Shown here: positions 23,889 through 37,168 of the stretch, in pieces
Numbering within the stretch: position 1 is the stretch's first letter
Layout: the number at the start of each line of letters is the position of its first letter
Source: Felis catus
Lineage: Eukaryota
DNA length: 64,000 nt
Assembly: GCF_018350175.1 (NCBI RefSeq)
Contig: NC_058368.1
Location: 204,354,001 to 204,418,000, forward strand
Reading direction: 5' to 3'
The notes under the pieces: model-generated
What the model was told of the DNA's origin: nothing
What the model saw: the letters and a program-made list of their open reading frames with translations, nothing else
Database searches by the model: none
Made by a program: the position numbers and the translations under genes

Positions 23889-24921
23889 GATGCTGATTTT
23901 TATTAATTGACATGAAGTGTTGTTCAATACAGAACAAGTGAGAAAAAAATACAAATACACATTTGCATAGAAAAAAGTCTGGCAAGTTATTCACCAAAAA
24001 GTTTAGAATACTTATTTTATTAATAGGGGGATCACGGGTGGTTTTCCGTTAATTTTTTTTTAACTTATCTGTATTCTCTAATTTTCCTACAATTAATCAG
24101 ACAATTAACATATATTGCATAATAAAAATGGTTAATGTTTGAACACAGTGAATCTACTCCAAAGTAAAACAATTCATTTTTTTTTTTTTTTTGGTTCGAA
24201 TTGGACCACATTTTGTATTAGGAAGAAAGAAGTTTCCAGGCAAGTAAATGGGAAAACAGGATTGCAGGGCCCCTGGAGACCCACAACTGCTTTGAAGAAG
24301 TCAGGCACAGTGGCTGTGGGTGCAAAAATAGATGCCGCTAGTTAAAAATAGGAGTGTTGTTTGTATATTAAGGTAGGTCCTCTGGGCTTCTGGAAGGGAA
24401 AGGGGCAGGGTTCTCTGGTCTCTGAGGTCATGCTTGCTCTAGAGGAGGCAACACTAGGGAAGAAGGAGGCGAGTCACAACGGAGCAGAACCCGTGGGGTT
24501 TTGTGTCACCTCAGTGGGCAATCGGCCCCGGGGATGCACTGCCACTACCAGCCGTCCGGCCTTCTGCCTCCCCCGTCATGTCTTTTCTACTGTTCCGTCC
24601 TTAGGAGTAAGATTCACTCCACCTGCTTACCAGAAGCAGAAACTCTTGGTTTTGGGTAGCCTGTTAGGTAGAGCTGCTATTTTAACAGCTGGAATGATGA
24701 GCCCCATTCTTTAACCTGGCAGATCGGCTGCAGAAGAGCCCCCACCGCCGCTCTTCCCTGATCCTGACCCTGAACCTGACCCGGACTCCTGTGAGGGTGC
24801 ATATCCTCTTTGCTGCGTGGCAGGCAGAGGCACGTGGTCGCCCACGTTGCGGGCACCCAAGAATCAGGTCGCGGTGAGGTCAGGCTGCTGTCACAAACCT
24901 CCTTTGAGCACAATTCAAGTC

Positions 24922-25143
24922 TTATTTTATTTTTTGTTTTTCTTTTATTTCTTAAAGTTTATTTATTTATTTTGAGAGAGAGAGCAAGCAAGGGAGGGGC
25001 AGAGGGAGAGGGAGAGAGAGAGAATCCCAAGCAGGCTCTGCACTGACAGCACAGAGCCCGACACATTCCCATGAACCATGAGATCATGACCTGAGCGGAA
25101 GTCAGGAGTTGATGTTTAACTGACTGAGCCACCCAGGTGCCCC
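24922..25143 (-). mobile_element. Can-SINE
   Basis: Reverse-complement body ending acccaggtgcccc. Confidence 0.85.
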
Positions 25144-25246
25144 ATTTTTTAATTTTATTTTATATTTGAGTGGCTCTTGGCAAAGGCTGCCCTCCCAGGG
25201 CCTGGACCAGAATAAGGCAGGAGAGGAGCTGCGAGAGGGAGGCCTT

Positions 25247-25701
25247 TATTATTATTATTATTATTTTTTCATTTTTTTTTCAATGTTTATTTATTTTTGG
25301 GACAGAGAGAGACAGAGCATGAACAGGGGAGGGGCAGAGAGAGAGGGAGACACAGAATCGGAAACAGGCTCCAGGCTCCGAGCCATCAGCCCAGAGCCCG
25401 ACGCGGGGCTCGAACTCACAGACCGCGAGATCGTGACCTGGCTGAAGTCGGACGCTTAACCGACTGCGCCACCCAGGTGCCCCCTATTATTATTTTTTTT
25501 AACGTTTATTTATTACTGAGAGACAGACACAGAGCATGAGCAGGGGAGGGGCAGAGAGGGGGGGAGACACAGAACCCGAAGCAGGCTGCAGGCTCCGAGC
25601 TGTCAGCACAGAGCCTGACGCGGGGCTCGAACTCACAAACTGCAAGATCATGACCTGAGCCGAAGTCGGTCACTCAACCAACTGAGCCACCCAGGAGCCC
25701 C
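25247..25701 (-). mobile_element. Two nested Can-SINEs (young copy about 25268-25484 in the tail of an older copy about 25490-25701)
   Basis: Outer TSD gaggga(g/a)gccttt; inner TSD tattattattttt. Confidence 0.88.
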
Positions 25702-27381
25702 GAGGGAAGCCTTTCTTAAACTCTGTGCCCTGGATCCCCCCCGGGCCTCACTCCTGTCCACCTGTTTCCTCTACTTGGTGTCGAATCAGATTATTGCCAT
25801 GTCTCCTAACATAAATGTATGATCATAGAAAACATGAAAAAGGCCCCAGTATCCTGGATTGTCACTAAGTGAAAGAAACTGCTCTTCCAAGGAGAGCGAG
25901 GTCTCCAAATCCTCTCTTTCAACAAGGGTTCCGTGAGCACGGACACAACGTGCCAGGCAGTGAGGAAGACACTGTCCCTGCAGCTCAGCAAGGGACAGAG
26001 ACTTTTAAAAAGCCCGTATTACAAGTGCAGCACGTGTGAGGAAGGGGTGCGGGTGGAGCATGGAAAGGCCTCCCTGGGAAAGGACATTTGAGCCGTGACC
26101 GAGAGGTGAGGAGGGAGGCCAGGCACGTGGCTGTGGGATCACATGTGTGCCAGGCCCCGGGCGAGGGACAGAGGGACACCATGTGTGCTCGAGGACTCGA
26201 GCGGGAGCCCACTGTGCTGGACACAGAGAATGAAGGGAGCCCAGTGGGGTACGCGGGATCAGAAAATCCGGGGCTTTGGAGGCTGCCTTAAGAAACATGG
26301 GCTTTGCCTGTGGGACAGCAGGAAGACCACGGTTCTTGGGAGAGTGATAATCTGACTTCCGTGTCTGAATGAGTACTCGGGCTGCACTGAGGGAAACGGA
26401 TAGAAGAATAGGCCTGGGAGCAGGTTGGCAGGTTGGGAGATCCCAGAGAGAGGACTCTCCTGGTGCTGGCAGGAGGGAGAGAGACTGGACACATTCGAGT
26501 AACCCTCCCCTTTCTCCAAATCTGGTCAGGAGTCTGACACAGGTCCCATGTAGTGGGCAACACATTCCTTAAGCTAGGACTTGCAGACTTGAATATCTCG
26601 AGAGGCCAGGGTGGCGATAGGGTGGCGAGCTTGCATAAAGCAACCGGGAACAGTGGGGACCACGGTGTCCTGAGGAGGACATGCCCCGGTGCAAACTCAA
26701 CTCCAGACAGTTGTCTCTGTTTGCCACAGAGACTCGGTGTTGTCACATCTGATTTTTTTCAAGAGAAGTCAGACCTCTGAATTTTTATGCAAACGTTCCA
26801 ATTGCTAAATGACAGCAACTAATTCACATTTTTAAACCTAAAGTGAACCAGGCAGAATATATCTGGAGGACCAAAGGGAAAAGGGGAGAAAATCGATATT
26901 AGAACACAGAGGGTGGTGTAAAAAATTTGCCACGAGAGGATCTAAGATCGTCTTTACAGACACAGAGCCAGGGGCTGGGAGAATAGGTATCAGGCCCTCC
27001 CTCTCGTTCCTTTGATCCCCTGCACGAGACCAAAGCCAACTGGAACCCAGAGAACTAGGGAGACATAACACAGTCTGGGGCAGAGAGCAGAATGGGGGGC
27101 GGAGAGTGGATCTGGAGAGGCAGGTGGAAGATGCTGGGCACAGCAGGATTGCAGGGTAAAGGTGCGGGAGGTGATGTGGGTGTAAAGCAAGAGGCTGTGC
27201 TTTCCCTGGAATCTGACTGTCAGCTAGAGGAAGGTAGTGCAGAGGCAGTGAGGGAAGGTTCTAGTGGGTGGGATGTATAGGAAAGAAGATCTTGAAGCAG
27301 GAAAGGCCCTGATACCTTGGGGTATTGGTCCACACAACTTTTGATTGGCTTTCTTTACCCATGAAATATTTTTGAGCACTA

Positions 27382-27659
27382 CTCCGGTTTCACTCAGAGG
27401 AAAAGCCAGAGTCCTTCCTATGACATAATGACCCCACATGATCTGGTGGCTGCTGTCCCCTGGCCTCATCCCTCTGGCCGTTCCTGGACTACTACAGGAA
27501 CTACAGTACTACACTCCCTCCTTAGGCTTGCTACCCTCTCTGCACGACCGCTTCCCCCCCACATCTGTGGGCAGCAACCTTATTTCTTTCAGATCAGTGA
27601 TCACCCCCTCAGGAAGGCTGTCTCTGCCAACTTATCTCAAATAAATGTGGCCCTCTCTG

Positions 27660-27660
<1 letters not shown>
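27382..27660 (+). repeat. Local duplicate copy 1 of an L2-derived segment
   Basis: Highly similar to 29722-29979, including an exact run of about 60 bp. Confidence 0.9.
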
Positions 27661-27748
<88 letters not shown>

Positions 27749-27779
27749 GTGTATATATATACAGAGAGGGCCACATATA

Positions 27780-27813
<34 letters not shown>

Positions 27814-27890
27814 CAGAGAGGGCACATATATATGTGTGTATATATATATAATATATGTGTACTAATATACACATTTTAAATGTATATATA
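27661..27890. repeat. Compound (CA)n/(TA)n/(TG)n microsatellite with inverted unique arms
   Basis: Directly visible. Confidence 0.95.
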
Positions 27891-27932
27891 ATCATGGAAA
27901 TTCAAAAGATATCATGACAAATAAATATAAAT

Positions 27933-28140
27933 TCTTTTTTCCAAGTTTATTTATTTGTTTTGAGAGAGAGAGCACGGGGGAAGGGCAGAGAGAGAGAGAG
28001 GGAGAGAGAGAATCCCAAGCAGACGCCGAGCTGTCAACACAGAGCCCGGTGTGGAGCCTGAACCCACGAACTGAGAGGCCATGACCTGAGCCAAAATTAA
28101 GAGTGAGCCGCTGAACTGACTGAGCCACCCAGGTGCCCCC
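27933..28140 (-). mobile_element. Can-SINE
   Basis: Reverse-complement body ending aggtgccccc. Confidence 0.85.
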
Positions 28141-28344
28141 GGAAATTCTAATACTGCCTTCCCTTATCCAGTGATCATCTTGGGCATCCCCTAGGGAATG
28201 TGCACCTTACTTTGGAGGCCTCTCGGGGTCAGCAATGACCCCCAATTTGCTAAGACCAATTGTTATTTCTTAGGCTTTATGCCTTCTCCTTGAAACACCT
28301 TTATCACTTGGTTTCTATGGCATTTCTCTTCCCTCTTTCTTGTG

Positions 28345-28712
28345 TTTTTTTTTTTTTTTCTTATTGAAGCATAGCTGACATACGATGGTGTATTAGTTTC
28401 TGGTGTACCATATAGTGATTCAAGTTCTGCACATAACGCTCACCTTGGTAAGTACTCCCCACCCGTCACCATGCAACGTTATTGCACTATTAATGACTAT
28501 ATTGCCTGTGCTGTGCTTTCCATCTCCGTGACTTATTTATTTTATAACTGGAAGCTTGTGCCTCTTAGTCCCCTTTGTCTATTTTACCCATCCTCCCCCC
28601 ACCTTCCTTGCCTCCGGTAATCACCAGTTTATTCTCTATATTTAAGAGTCTGTCTGTTGGTTTTGTTTTTTAGATTCCACATATTAGTGAATGCACATGG
28701 TATGTGTCTTTT
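28345..28712 (-). mobile_element. L1 3' fragment
   Basis: Reverse complement of the L1 3'UTR also seen at about 50090-50330 (tagattccacatat...atggtatgtgtctttt). Confidence 0.7.
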
Positions 28713-28880
28713 CTCCTGCCTCTTCTACTTCTAAGCCTCTTTTGCTGTGTCCTTTTCATCTCGGTAGCCTCTGAGTGTTGGCTACCTGGAGGCACAGTCC
28801 TTGGACTCCCTCCCTACAACCATTTCCTTGGTGATTCCAGATGCAGAAGCATGTCTGCCTGCATGACCTCTCCACTTAGT

Positions 28881-29348
28881 TGTCTTAGTTTGGATTCTGC
28901 CTGAAGCAGAGTCCGAGGCAGGGATGCAGGTGCAAGCAGTTTGCGAAGGAGATAACCCCAGGAAATACAGATAGAAGAATGAGGAAACGAGATGGGAAAG
29001 GAAAGATGGCCAGTAAATGATGTGTTACTAAGCAAGTTATCGGTCATCCTGCTGAGTTACTGTGCCTCGATATCACAAGAAGAGCTGGCGTATTTATGAT
29101 TCAACTACTGCCAGTAATTGGTTTTTGGCCACTCCTGGGGGATGTAAATTCCCCTCTCCTTCTGGCCTCCCATGCCTGCGGGAAGAGCAGGCTCCAGAAC
29201 CCAGAGAAAGTCCAGAGGCAGAGAGATAGAGAGACTGGCATGTGAAGGTTAGGCTTGCATGCACCGAGGTGGTAAGGTGCCTGGAGACGTGGGTGAGGCC
29301 CCGACACGTATGCGTAATGGATGTGTAAAAGTTCGTATGACACAACAT
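28881..29348 (-). mobile_element. Solo ERVL-type LTR interrupting an L2
   Basis: tgtcttagtttgg start and ...acaaca end (TG...CA termini); L2-like sequence on both sides. Confidence 0.55.
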
Positions 29349-29349
29349 G

Positions 29350-30192
29350 TTCCGTGCTCTGGGTCTCCTCCCCCCACCCCCAGACGTGCTCCTCCTACAG
29401 TCTCCCCAGTTTCAGTAAACGGAAACTCTATTCTTACACTTGTCAGGACCAAAACCTTTGAGGATTTGACTCTTCTCTTACACCCCACTTTGAATCTGTC
29501 AGCAGATCCCTACTAGATACAGCCGGAATCCAGCCGCTTCTCAGCATTCCACTGCTAACTTCCTGCTCCAAGCCACCACTAATCTCTTGTCTGGATAACT
29601 GGCACAGACACCTACCTGATCTCTCCTTTTCTGCCTTTGACCCCTCGCAGTCTATTTTCAACAGAGCAGCCAGGGTGATCCTATTAAAGCATAAGCCAGA
29701 TCGTGTCACTTCTATGCTTGGCTCCAGTTTCACTCAGAGGAAAAGCCAGAGTCCTTCCTATGACATAATGACCCCACATGATCTGGTCACTGCTGTCCCA
29801 TGGCCTCATCCCTCTGGCCGTTCCGGAGTACTACAGTCACACCCCCTCCTTAGGCTTGCTACCCCTCCGCATGGCCACTTCTCCCCCACATCTGTGGGCG
29901 GTGACCTTCTTTCAGGTCAGGGATCACCCCCTCAGTAAGGCTGTCCCTGCCAACGTATCCAAAATGTGGCCTTCTCTGTTCTCTATCCCCTTTGCTTGAT
30001 TTCCTTCTTATCACTCACCCCTATGTAACATAATGAATATTTTCCTGACTTATTTTTGTCTGTCTCTCCCCAGTACAATGTAAGCTTCATAGCACCATAT
30101 TGTTGTCTATTTTGTTCCCTGCTGTATTCCCAGTCCCTAGAAGAGTACCTGTTACGCAGCAGGTGCTCAACAAATATTTGTGGAATGAATGC
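29350..30192 (+). mobile_element. L2 3' portion (contains duplicate copy 2 at 29722-29979)
   Basis: Ends aggtgctcaacaaatatttgtggaatgaatg. Confidence 0.7.
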
Positions 30193-33100
30193 TCTGATCT
30201 AACCTCACAAGAACCCAGGGTGAGGAATGTCATCACAGAGTAAGCTCAATTTGCCACTTTGCTTTTTCATTGACTATTCTGTTCCATGCACCTTCCACGT
30301 TACTGTAGACTCTTCATTAATCCTGATTTTTAATGGCTGTGTAACCTTCTATCCAGTGTATATGCTCTCATTTACCTGGCAATTCTTATATCATTGGATC
30401 ACATAAGGGATTTCTAGTCCTTTGCATGATAAATAACACCCACAATGAGCATTTTTTGGTTACAGTATTTCCAATATTGGACCTATTTAGGATGGATTCA
30501 CCAAAGCCGCTTTAAACCGTTTTTAAAATAAGAAAACAAGCTTTGATTGCTGTTTTAATGAACGTGTTCAAGGGGAGGTATCATTTCTTTAAAATCCATG
30601 AGCCTTCTCTGTGAAGCTTTACTCTAGACTGAGTTAGTCCCCAGTCCTGTCCGCCAGGAGGTGACCACAGAGAGGACTTACCAGAGAGTACTGCCATGCA
30701 TGGCTCCCTCTAAAATCTCTTCCCTGTCCCCACTGGGTTCTCGTGAGGAGTTTTATACTAACTTAAGTACCAAATATTCGTTGAATGTTTAGTTGAATGT
30801 TTACTATTTATAACCCATGTGGGGAAATTCTAAGGATCAAAATGATACAATGACACCAAGGAGCCTGTAACCAGAACACCCAAGATTTTCGCTACCCCCT
30901 GGGTGTGTTAAGCCCCAACTCTTTATTTCCCGTTCCTACTTTCCCTCAGGCTCCAGGGTGGCTGTTAGACTCCATGACCTTCATGTTCCCCCAAATCAGT
31001 GCTTCCAAATCTTCCCTCTCAAATCTGCTTCTTTTTCTATAGTTACTACCCACTTCTGAGTTGCTAAATAAATGGGACCCTGGGGATCACTTTCAATACC
31101 TCTTCTCCCTTCCTGCTCTCGCCCATGCAACTGACCACAGGGTTTTCCAATATTCTGAAATATTTCTCAAATGCATCTCCTTCTCTCCATCCTTCCTGTC
31201 ACTTCTTTAGTTGAGAGGACATCATCATTCATCTGGACTATTAGACTAATACTTTTTCTGACTTCCCTGACTCTTGTCATGCCCCAACTTCAATTTGCTT
31301 TCCTCACTGAAAGTTGATCATATTAATCACTTTGTATTAATTGCTTGCTTAAAGCTCTCCGGTGGCTCCCCAATACCTAAATGACAAAACCCAAATGCAC
31401 AGGAAGACTCACCATGATCTGGTCCCTGCCTGTGTCACCTTCTGCATCCCCCTTGCCGAATTCCTTTTGAATTTCCAAATACTCCCCTCACTAGCTCATA
31501 CCTCCATGCGCTTCATAAACCTCTAGGCCTACTGCAAGCCTGTCCCGGTCAATGACCCTTTCCTGCTCCCCTTGAGCACAGCTGAACACACCCATTTACC
31601 TTACTCTGCGGCCACACCTTCCAGTCATATCCCATCTCCAGTACCTACTGTGAGTTCCTAATAGGCTACCACCATATTGTACTCGACTCTGTAAGGCCCA
31701 GAACAAAATATCGGTACGGGAGTGTTTATTATATTTTTAAAAAGGAAGGTGAGGGGGCATGAATAAACTGATGAATAAGTAAATTGAGAGAAAAGAAGAA
31801 AGGGTTCTAGAAACATGAGACTAGAGCAACACACAGGAAGACCAGGGAAGAAGAGGTCAGGAGGGGCAGCAACAGAGAAAGGGACAGGCACCCGTGGCCT
31901 CATTTACTTTTGTTTGTGACAACAGATGGAACATAAAATATTCAGAGGCTGAGTGCATCATCTCTTTTGAGAAATTTCTAATCAGCTTAAAAGGGGACTC
32001 ATAGCTCTGCCCTATCAGCTTGCAAGGCCCAAGGGAATCTAAGCTGTTAGCTATAAAAATAAACTCCAGCCAACAGGGGCCTCCACTGGAGCCTTCCTTC
32101 TAGAGATCCAAAACAGCTGGTGCCCTTTGAAAACACTGTCCTAGGAGCTGCCTCACCCCCCGCCCTCCCCCAGCACTGAAACTCTCTGCTTTCCTGGGAA
32201 TCTCCTCCATTGTCTTGTCCAGGCTGTCCCCATTGCCTAGAAAGCCTGATAACAATTCCAGGCCAGCTGGCTTTGATGGGGACCATACTTACACAATCAT
32301 TGTCCACATTGTACAATCTGATGTGGCTGGGCAATGGGACAGCTGTTTGAAATTCCCAGCGAAGCTTTCTAAGCCACTTGCTGGTAAATCTCCTTCCTCT
32401 CCCAGAGGTAAAGATTTGGAAGGAACGTTCTTCTCTCTTTCTTTTCCAGTCAGCTCAGGGTGGCCAAATGTCCCTCCTCCTTTCCTCAGGCCAGTTCTTC
32501 GGATCCCTGAGACTCCACTTCCCAGTACCGGAACCACCCTCCTCTTTCCTGAGCCTTCCCTGTCGTTGCATCTGGGGGCTCCCCCTGCTCCCCCGCCCAA
32601 CCTCTCAGCTCCCTTCATTCTCACCTTCCTGCTCCTTCCTGACCGGGGGCCCACCGAAGGCAGAACCACCCAAGAGAGGCGGGGCGCGGAGCCAGGACGA
32701 GCCGGTTACCGGATGGGCCTACCAGTGAGGCCCAGGATTTCCTTTTCTGTCACTCAATTACCTGCCATTATGTTTTCTGTTGTTCAAACTTGCTTGTTGA
32801 ACTGATTTTTCCACTCCCTGTGCTTTTGGCCTTCGTCCCCTTCTTTTGCACATATGTCCCATAGCCGGAGGGTGACACTGAACCTTTGACAACAGGGCTA
32901 CTCGGTGGTGGGTCAGCACTGAGGAGAGCATGTCAGTGAGGCCACTGAGGCACGCAACTTGCACAGCAGAAAAATGCCGTGTTCTCTGAAACTCAAGGAA
33001 CTAGAATTCAGTTAATTTTGTAATACAACAGACGAGAAGCCTTCGGCATTTGAGCAGGAAGTCACCGTGTAAATGCCAGTTGTTGCTGTCATGCGTCTTC

Positions 33101-33855
33101 TTCTGCCCTCCTTACTTAACAGCCTGTCTGCAGACTTAGACACTTGCTTGCTAAGGGCTTGCGCTGATTTCTGTGCTTAGCTGCTTATCGGCTCTGGCGG
33201 ATGTGTCCGTTGATTTGCTGTGCTCTCTACTCTCCCCTCTCAGAGACACTACTTTGGACCTCAGGCTCTGCTGAGAGAGCCGTGGGACCTGTGGCCCTAG
33301 AGGCTGCAGCTGACCCGATGCAGGCGTGCCCTTGAACTCAGTGGCGGCCTGTCATCGGTTGGCGGGTGAGCAGTCACATTCTCTCTCCTCAAAATTTGAG
33401 CTGTCATAGAATGAAACTAGTGGTATGGAGATGGGTAATAAAGCTGGGACATCGTGTAGACGTGGAACTGGCAACAACCATTCGTGGCCGTGCGTCTTCC
33501 GATAATCATGCAGAGAAAGCCACTCTGCAGGAGGAAGTATAGAGAGGCAAGACTTTTCATCAAGGGAAGCAGAAATGAGCAACCACGAGCCCCAGAGAAA
33601 GAAGAGATGAGACCCGGCTCTGCTTCCCTGCTGTGGGCCCACAGAATTCCCCGAGTACACACGAGCTAATCTGAGTAGGCTTCTGTTCCACGAACCCAGC
33701 TATGTGTGACTCGGCAGGCCTAAAGAACAGAGACTTTTTTGAGATCAGACTAATAATAGCATCTGATGAATGGTTAGTGTGGCTCTGTCTAGGCACATGG
33801 TAGATATTCAGTGTGTTAGATTTTTAAATTTTACTCATGAAGAAATTGAGGCGCA

Positions 33856-34058
33856 GGGGTGCCCGGGTGGCTCGGTCAGTTAAGTGTCCCACACGACTTC
33901 GGTTCAGGTCGTGATCTCACGGTTTGTGAGACTGAGCCCCACATCGGGCTCTGCACTGACAGCGAGAAGCCTGCTTGGGATTCTCTCCCTCTCTCTCTGC
34001 CTCTCCCCGGCTCATGCTCCCTGCCCCCTCAAAATAAATAGGTAAACATTAAAAAAAT
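33856..34058 (+). mobile_element. Can-SINE
   Basis: Head, body and tail visible. Confidence 0.88.
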
Positions 34059-34514
34059 TGCACAGAATGATAAAGTAACTTGTTCTGGGTCACACAGAAG
34101 TAAAAAGAATAATAATCCCACCCAGGTCTCACTGATTCCAAAGCCAGTGTCTTTCCACAATATTCACTCCATGCCCTACTGCTACTTAATGACACGGCTC
34201 TCACTTAGGCACTGTCTGAACAGGGAGAAGGGCTGGCAGAAAGCAGGCTGCAGGAAGAACCCGTGTCACTTCTGGGACACGCGGGAGGGCTAGATGAGGT
34301 CCGTGTTTCCCAAAGTGGAGCTGGTAACACTCACGGGGCGCAAAATGATTTTTGTGCATGGAAACCGCCTTAAATGGCACTGATGCACAGCATAAAAACA
34401 CTATTCCTGCTTCAGTTATTCTTGAATTCTCCTAATTAAGGCAAAGAGAAAGTCTCAGATCGGTTTTTGGAATGTTTTACTTTTTTGTTACTTGGCGGTT
34501 TTCCTTTAAAACTT

Positions 34515-34735
34515 TGTGGAAGTTCCTAAGAGACTAAATTTTAAAAGTTCTCACCATACACAAAAAAATCCTAACTACGTGAGGGGACAGATGTTTTAAA
34601 TAACCTTACTGAGGTAATCATTTTTCAATATATACAGACATAATAAAATCACTGTGGTGCATATTTTAAACCTACCCAATGTTATATGTCAATTATGTCT
34701 CAATAAAGCTGGGCAAATACATAAATAAATAATAA
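34515..34735 (+). mobile_element. Old L1 3' end fragment
   Basis: ...gttatatgtcaattatgtctcaataaagctgg terminus. Confidence 0.65.
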
Positions 34736-34935
34736 ATCTTTTAAATTTGTTTGCATCGTATCTGTTTTTGCCATTACCTTCTATTCATAGCAAGTGACGT
34801 TGGTTTTTCATTATTTAAATAACATTACATTTCCTTCTGAAGTAAGTTTATTTAAGTAAAAAAATCGAGTTGCACCAATGATAGCTACCCTTTATTGAGT
34901 GGCTACTATGTGCCATATACTTTGTATATGTTTTT

Positions 34936-35171
34936 TCTTTTTCTTTTTTTTTTTTTTAATTTTTTTTTCAACGTTTATTTATTTTTGGGGCAGAGAGAGA
35001 CAGAGCATGAACGGGGGAGGGGCAGAGAGAGAGGGAGACACAGAATCGGAAACAGGCTCCGGGCTCTGAGCCATCAGCCCAGAGCCTGACGCGGGGCTCG
35101 AACTCACGGACCGTGAGATCGTGACCTGGCTGAAGTCGGACGCTTAACCGACTGCGCCACCCAGGCGCCCC
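34936..35171 (-). mobile_element. Young feline Can-SINE
   Basis: CpG-rich; TSD tgtatatgtttttt. Confidence 0.92.
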
Positions 35172-36876
35172 TGTATATGTTTTTTCTAATTTTCCCAACA
35201 ATTCTAAGGTAAGAATCATTATCTCTATTTTATGGCTGAGGCAACTAGGGACCAAAGAGTAAGTGCCTAGGAAGGGACTGAACCAGGACCTGAAACAAAT
35301 TCATCTGATTCTGAATCCCTGTTCTTTCCACTGCCCCACGCTGCTTCCTCACCACTGGAATCTAACACCTGAACTCACACCCAGGAAAAAGCTCCAAGTT
35401 GGCCACATCTGGTAGCCTTTGCTCAGCCTTTGCCCCGTGGCCTTTCTGATGCGCTGGACACGCTCTCCTTTCTGAGTTCCTCCCCTGTTTTGCCTTTACC
35501 CAACTTCTCTTCTCTCCTTCCTGATCATGTCTTCTCTCCCAGTTTCTGGCCCCTCGTCTCCCTGTGTCCCCTTTGTCTCTCATTCTTGCTCCAGACCACT
35601 GAAAAGCAACACATGTCCCAATTAGATTCGAGTTACAGCACTAGACCTACTTTTGTGGATAAAGTCAGCACTGTCACTGTCTGCTGAAGTACTGTCATTT
35701 ACCCAGGGAAGCAAGGTGAGTAGCCGAGATGTGAGGATGTGAACCCAGATGCTTGGGCTCTGAGCAAGACAGCAGGAGACCTGGAGCTCCAGTGACTTGG
35801 GACTATGCATGTGTGCACATGTGTGTATATGTGTTGGGGGGCGGGGGTGACTTTTATATAGGGGCCAAACATAGAGATGGAATTGAAGGCTGGAGCAGAA
35901 AAGAAAATAAGAGTCAACTCTAATATGAGAGAAGAGTGACCCTGGAGATAGGGTAGCAGGCTGGGCCTATGGTGAGAACAGGTCAGTACAGTACTCTCAG
36001 GAACAGGATAGAGTCCATGGGGTTTGGGAAGTTGGTAAATTATATCAAGTCACAAATGTTACTTTCCTGCCTTACAACTCCCTTATGATAATCTCTAGGC
36101 TTCAGCTAAATTACACGTGGCATGGGGGAGAGTCCACACTGGGCTGGGCCAACAAAGGGCTGCCGGGCTCTCTGTAGAGTTCTTCCTTGAAGCCAGAGTC
36201 GTGGGCACTGCTGGTCTGGGGTCCTGAGTGTCTGGATCCAAGGAAACATGGGTCTTTGCTACATGGCAAGGAGCCAAGCAACAACGAGAACTGGCACAGA
36301 GTAGACTGAAGCAGAGAAGGTCCTGAGATCAAAAGGCTTTCCCCCAAAGGTAACAGAAGTAGCAGCCTCAGGTGAGGAGGGGAGACTGAACCCTGCTAGC
36401 TACTGGCAGTGGTGACCTAGGAGGCCTCCTGTGCCATTTGCATTGACACACACACACAAACAGAAGTGATAAAGAAGGACTTGGAATATGAGTTGCCTGG
36501 GAATCAAGCCCTACCCCACCCCACTTCTCCATGGCCTGACTGGACACAGTCCCCTCAACGTTGAATGAGCTCATCCACACGGTACGGTGGGAGAGGTTTT
36601 AGAGTCAAAATCCTCTGAGATTGAACTGCCAAAAACCACATTTGACTTCTTTGGATCTTAGTTTCCATATCTCCAAATGGAAATACAAATCCTGACCTCG
36701 CACCATTACTGTGGAAACCAACTGAGGTAACAATGGAAGGCATGTGGCACAGGGCTTGCGCCCAGCAGGGCCACCGTAATGTCGCTTCACCTGCTTCCCT
36801 GGCTCTGGCCTCCTAACCCTGTCCCCACACTAGGTCCTGATACCACAGGAGACAATCCAGGAAGGTCAGATCCTAC

Positions 36877-37168
36877 CTTTAGTTAGGGAGTGAATCCCGA
36901 GCTTGACTTGGGAAAAGTTCCCACTTCCAATTTCCCCTCGGATTCTGTAGAAGCCAATACGTTTCCCCAGCGTGATCTCTCTCACCACCTTCTCATCCTG
37001 GGACATGTCCTGGGTCAGCTTCTCGAAGGGTGTCAGCTGGCGGGGCTGTCCCTCCTCATCCTCCTTGCTGCACTCCGTCTGACAGCCACTTTCCACGCTA
37101 TCCCGCCGTTCCCACCTGGCATAGTGGGGGGTTACCAGGCCGCCTCCATTCACGTACACTGCAGTCAT
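36877..37168 (-). CDS. NIM1K: NIM1K first coding exon (ATG at 37168)
   Basis: MTAVYVNGGGLVTPHYARW...IGSGNFSQVKLG (Gly-rich loop); donor GTAGGA at 36876; 292+269+750 = 1311 nt = 436 aa + stop. Confidence 0.94.

Noticed and set aside
32215..33700. 196-aa Pro-rich ORF and moderately GC-rich intronic region
   Set aside because: No ATG start, no recognisable domain or exon structure, and too few CpGs for an island; a regulatory role cannot be supported from sequence alone
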